DNA of 64,000 nucleotides from an uncultured Acidobacteriota bacterium (GTDB lineage Bacteria; Acidobacteriota; Vicinamibacteria; Vicinamibacterales; SCN-69-37): NCBI GenBank assembly GCA_963798795.1, contig CAWCUZ010000001.1, positions 1,556,099 to 1,620,098 of the forward strand, read 5' to 3'. Shown piece by piece: positions 60,231 to 64,000 of this stretch (position 1 is its first letter; each line of letters starts with the position of its first letter). The notes under the pieces were generated by a model. It saw only the letters and a program-made list of their open reading frames with translations, ran no database searches and was not told where the DNA came from. The position numbers and the translations under genes were made by a program.

Positions 60231-61475
60231 TCAGGCCTTGGGCGGCAGCCGGACAATGCGCCAGGTGCCGACGGCGCCGTCGCGACCGGCGGCGTCGACC
60301 GCGACCGCCCGCCAACGGAACTGGCCATCGATCGCCCGGTGGAAGACGAAGGGCGGCAGCCGGTAGGCGTGCGTCGACCCGGCGACGAACGCCCGGTGAA
60401 TCGTGTGGCCGCCTGATTCGATCTCGACGCGATAGCAGGCCGCCTGGGCGGTCAGCGGCCAGCGCAGATCGATGATTCCAGGCGCGAGGCTCTCCTCCGG
60501 GGATCCAGCCAGCGCGTCGAGCGTCGGCGCCACTGCGCTCCCACGGCTGCCGACGACATATCGCAGCACCGGCATCGGGAAGCCCGCCACGCCGCCGGCA
60601 TGCGCGACGCCGGACGCTCCGACGGCGCTCAGCTCGGAATCGGCTTCCTTGTCATCGCTGACTTCGATCCGCAGCAGCAGCAGGTACTGGCCGTCCACAC
60701 CGGTCGGCAGCCTGCCCGGGTCCGGGCCGGCGAGCGTGAACCGTCCGGTCGGCGCCAGGAACACGTCGAACCGGTCGACCTCGGCGAAGCGGTGCTGCGT
60801 GCCGCGCTGATCGGCCGGCAGCGTGGCCTCCGTCAGCAGGTCGCGCTCTTCCGGCGGTTCCTGGCCGGGCAGCACGACCTCCCACCGCCCCTTCAGCCGG
60901 CCCGTGCCCGTGTAAACCAGCCGTGCGCTCACGTCCGGCAGCGTCTGGCCCGCGGCGACCTGCAGGACGGGCGTCTCGACGTCGAACGCCAACTGGACGT
61001 CGACGAGCGACAACGGCACGCGAGCGCCGCCGGCCGTCAGCCGGCACGTCACCGCGACGAATTGATCGGGCGCGCCAGGCTTGACGAAGTGGCGGACGTA
61101 GAAGAACGCGGCGCTGGCGCCGGCGGCGGCATCCCGATAGGCCCGGCGCGCGACCGACGCGGGCACCGACATGACGTCCGTGTAGGTGTTGGTGGCTGAC
61201 GTCTGCGATCGGTCGTACCGCGCGGGCAGGGCGCCGAACAGCGTGGCGGGATCGCACTGGAGGCCGAGCGCCGGCGCGGCCGGAACGAGCGTCCCGCACC
61301 ACAGGGATTCCACCGCGACGTAGCCATCGAGCGGACCGAACGTCAGGAACGCCGTCGTGGCCCCCTGGCTGCTGACGTTGACGCCCGTCGGGTTGACGCG
61401 AATCTGCGCCGATGCCGGGCCGGCCGCCAGCGCCAGTGCCGCTACCGCAAGGAGTGTCGCCGTTCTGGTCTGCAC
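60231..61475 (-). CDS. Secreted hypothetical beta-rich protein
   Basis: Signal peptide ending ASA-Q; 414-aa ORF coupled to the upstream gene. Confidence 0.7.
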   Translation of the reverse strand: MQTRTATLLAVAALALAAGPASAQIRVNPTGVNVSSQGATTAFLTFGPLDGYVAVESLWCGTLVPAAPALGLQCDPATLFGALPARYDRSQTSATNTYTDVMSVPASVARRAYRDAAAGASAAFFYVRHFVKPGAPDQFVAVTCRLTAGGARVPLSLVDVQLAFDVETPVLQVAAGQTLPDVSARLVYTGTGRLKGRWEVVLPGQEPPEERDLLTEATLPADQRGTQHRFAEVDRFDVFLAPTGRFTLAGPDPGRLPTGVDGQYLLLLRIEVSDDKEADSELSAVGASGVAHAGGVAGFPMPVLRYVVGSRGSAVAPTLDALAGSPEESLAPGIIDLRWPLTAQAACYRVEIESGGHTIHRAFVAGSTHAYRLPPFVFHRAIDGQFRWRAVAVDAAGRDGAVGTWRIVRLPPKA

Positions 61476-61476
61476 G

Positions 61477-63540
61477 TCAGAACACCGTGAGTGTGGCGCC
61501 GAGGTTGACGGCCCAGTTCCGCCGGGTCGCGGCGAAACCCGGAAGGAACGAACCGGACGACAGCCACGTCCATCGTCCGAAGCACTGCAGACGCGGCCGC
61601 GCCGCCCGCGTCCCCGCCAGCTCGAAGGTGTGCGAGAGCTGCACGCTCATGTCGGTCGTGCGGCCCGCGCCGGCCCCGACATCGGGCAGGAGCGTCCGGT
61701 TCATCAGGGCGTCGAGCGCATCGTGCCGGCCGAGACGCCAGTTGACGGTGGTGCCGACCCGCGTCGTCGCGCTGTCCTCGCCGAATTCCACGTTGGCGGA
61801 CTGCTCCCGGTTCAGCGTGACCGTGATGTCGAGCGCGCGTGCCGGCGTGACGCCGAGCATCGCCTGATGAGCCGAGGTGATGAAGTCCGAGGTCTCCCGG
61901 CCAGGCTGACGATTGTCCTGGACCGACCGGTTCAGGCTGTAGCCCGTCCGCCAGCGGCCCCCCGTCCAGTCCACCTGCACGGTCTGCGCGGTGCTGGTCT
62001 GGTCGGGCACCTGAGAAACCGACGCGAATCCGCCGTCGGGCGGAATCCCCTCGCCGACCTGCGACGTCCGGTTGAGGGCGTACGACACCGTCGGCCACCA
62101 GGCGGAGGCGGCGGCGTGAACCATCGGCGCGAGCGGCACGAAGAGATTCACCGTCAGCGAGCCCGTGTCCGTTCGCAGGAGCGACTCGATCGCGTCCAGA
62201 TTGTCGTGCGCCCAGCCCCTCGACACCTGACCGTTGACGGGACCGGCGGTCACGCTGGCGCCGACGACATGCTGCAGCAGGTCGGCGCGCATGCCTTGAG
62301 CGGCGCCGACGCTCTCGAAGAGCGGCGCCACGCGCTCGAATCGGTACGATCCGGTCACGGTCAGGGGCCTCCGATCACCCGCCGCCGGACGCCGCACCAG
62401 ATCGACGCTGCCGTCGAGATATTCGGCGCCGCGCGTCGCCGGCGTGTCCGCGACGGTCGCGAACCCGCGCGACAGCAGCGGATCGTCGGGATGCGTGGAC
62501 CACGCGCGCGCGAATCCCGCGTCCAGCCGCAGGCGGCCGCTCGGGTCGCTGCCGACGAACCGCAGCGCGCCGCCGCGGCTCTGCAGCACGTCGGTGACGC
62601 TTCCCTGCGTGAAGCCGGACTGGGCCTGCCGCTCGCCGGCGAGCAGGGTGGCTTCGACACGCGCGCCGTTCGGCCGCGTCGGCAGCAGCTCGGCGCCGCC
62701 GATGGCCGCGACGATGCGGTTGTGACTCGACGTCACGCCCAGGAAGTTGCCGAACCCGACGATGCTCTGTCCGTTCACGACGGCCAGGGTCAGATCGCCG
62801 TGCGGCGTTCGCGAGGTCACGCTCATCCCGCGCGTGGCGAGATTGGCTCCGAGATGCCGCTCGGCATGGACCACCATGTTGCCGAACGACGCGGTCAGGC
62901 GCGGCCCGGAGATCGTCCACGCGTAGTCCGAGAGGTCCAGGCGCGGCGCCGCGTCCGGCGACTGCCCGAAACGCAGCGCCTGCGACGGGTTGGACGTCGC
63001 CAGCAGGTTCATCTGTGTTCTGAGCGCGAATCCGCCGCGCACGTGCTCCGACTGGAGTCCGATGTGCGAGGTCACGTCCTGAAAAATCGTGCGGGCAGGT
63101 CGGGCCGCGTCGGGCTCGTGCCGCTCGAACACCTGGCCGATCTGGCTCACCTCGACCTCGGGCTCCACCGTGGCGCGATCGAAGCGCGGCCCGGAGACGA
63201 CGGTGAGCGGCAGCGTGGCAATCGGTGTCCAGACATTCCCGGCCGTGACCAGGTACACGACGACCGACGAGCGGCCCGCCGGCAATTCAATCGGCGCGCC
63301 GCTGTAGCGCAGCATCTGCTTCTCGACCGTGAACAGACCTGTCCAGTCCTCGTCGTCGATGAGAACGGCCAACCGGCCGCCACCGGCCGGAGCGGCCCGG
63401 TTCAACTGCAACGTCAGCCCGGCGTCCGGCGCAACGGATCTCCCCTCGTCGGCGATCTGCACGGTCAGCGGCACCGAATCGGGCGCCTGGACGGCCGCAC
63501 TCGCGATGAGCCACACGCCGAGGACGAGGGTGAAGGTCAT
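61477..63540 (-). CDS. Putative outer-membrane beta-barrel protein
   Basis: Signal peptide; alternating beta-strand pattern; C-terminal NLGATLTVF. Confidence 0.65.
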   Translation of the reverse strand: MTFTLVLGVWLIASAAVQAPDSVPLTVQIADEGRSVAPDAGLTLQLNRAAPAGGGRLAVLIDDEDWTGLFTVEKQMLRYSGAPIELPAGRSSVVVYLVTAGNVWTPIATLPLTVVSGPRFDRATVEPEVEVSQIGQVFERHEPDAARPARTIFQDVTSHIGLQSEHVRGGFALRTQMNLLATSNPSQALRFGQSPDAAPRLDLSDYAWTISGPRLTASFGNMVVHAERHLGANLATRGMSVTSRTPHGDLTLAVVNGQSIVGFGNFLGVTSSHNRIVAAIGGAELLPTRPNGARVEATLLAGERQAQSGFTQGSVTDVLQSRGGALRFVGSDPSGRLRLDAGFARAWSTHPDDPLLSRGFATVADTPATRGAEYLDGSVDLVRRPAAGDRRPLTVTGSYRFERVAPLFESVGAAQGMRADLLQHVVGASVTAGPVNGQVSRGWAHDNLDAIESLLRTDTGSLTVNLFVPLAPMVHAAASAWWPTVSYALNRTSQVGEGIPPDGGFASVSQVPDQTSTAQTVQVDWTGGRWRTGYSLNRSVQDNRQPGRETSDFITSAHQAMLGVTPARALDITVTLNREQSANVEFGEDSATTRVGTTVNWRLGRHDALDALMNRTLLPDVGAGAGRTTDMSVQLSHTFELAGTRAARPRLQCFGRWTWLSSGSFLPGFAATRRNWAVNLGATLTVF

Positions 63541-63681
63541 GGACGTCCCGCGCGCGCAAGCCGCGCTACTCCACCTGGCGCAGGCGACGGGCGAACCGGC
63601 TCATCCTCGTCATCCAGGCGGCCGGTTCGATGAGCCGTGTGGGAGCGGACCTGCGCCAGGTACGGGGAGGGGAGTCACACC

Positions 63682-64000
63682 ATGCTGACATTCGCTGCCG
63701 TCGTCCTCGCGCTTGGCTTGCCGGCCGGTCCGGGCCAGGGGCAGATCGTGTCGCTCACGCTGTCTCCGCCGTCCCCGGTGGTGCGCGGCGCGAGCGAGAC
63801 GTTCTCGATCGGCTTTCAGACGCCGTGCGGCGCCGTGCAGATCAACTTCGGCGACGAAACCACCGTCGTCCTCTCGATCTCGGGGCCGTCGCCGTTGACG
63901 ACGACGCACGCGTATCCGGCCACCGGGTCGTTCACCATTACCGTCAAGGGCCAGGCCGACTGCGGCGGCCAGACGAGCACCACCCTGATCGTCACCGACC
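63682..64000 (+). CDS. Secreted PKD-like domain protein (runs off the window)
   Basis: GGAG RBS; MLTFAAVVLALGL; INFGD...THAYPATGSFTITV; not in the ORF track because it has no stop. Confidence 0.7.
   Translation, partial: MLTFAAVVLALGLPAGPGQGQIVSLTLSPPSPVVRGASETFSIGFQTPCGAVQINFGDETTVVLSISGPSPLTTTHAYPATGSFTITVKGQADCGGQTSTTLIVTD

Overview
High-GC bacterial DNA. The many orphan duplicated ABC permeases (ADOP type), one paired with PadR, suggest Acidobacteria, which is an inference. Core genes include pntAB, panC/panB with a DUF2520 partner, a Mo-hydroxylase pair, a dicarboxylate symporter, a metal ABC pair and a GNAT-acyl-CoA synthetase. Three accessory signals stand out. (1) A toxin-antitoxin-rich island (about 6.7-17.9 kb) holds two divergent secreted, strongly acidic Cys-rich peptides with defensin-like CxxxC...CxC spacing, each directly behind a DsbA gene or remnant, and dsbA fragments lie near both ends of the region. 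(2) An integron cassette array (23.7-25.7 kb) has four attC sites and a likely attI but no integrase. (3) A four-helix-bundle gene is enclosed by 37-bp perfect inverted repeats built from tandem repeats, with a gene-less copy of the same palindrome 7 kb away. REP doublets and short tandem-repeat arrays are common. Several long genes carry frameshifts that are probably read or assembly indels. No rRNA, tRNA or CRISPR was seen. All family calls come from motif recognition, not database searches.
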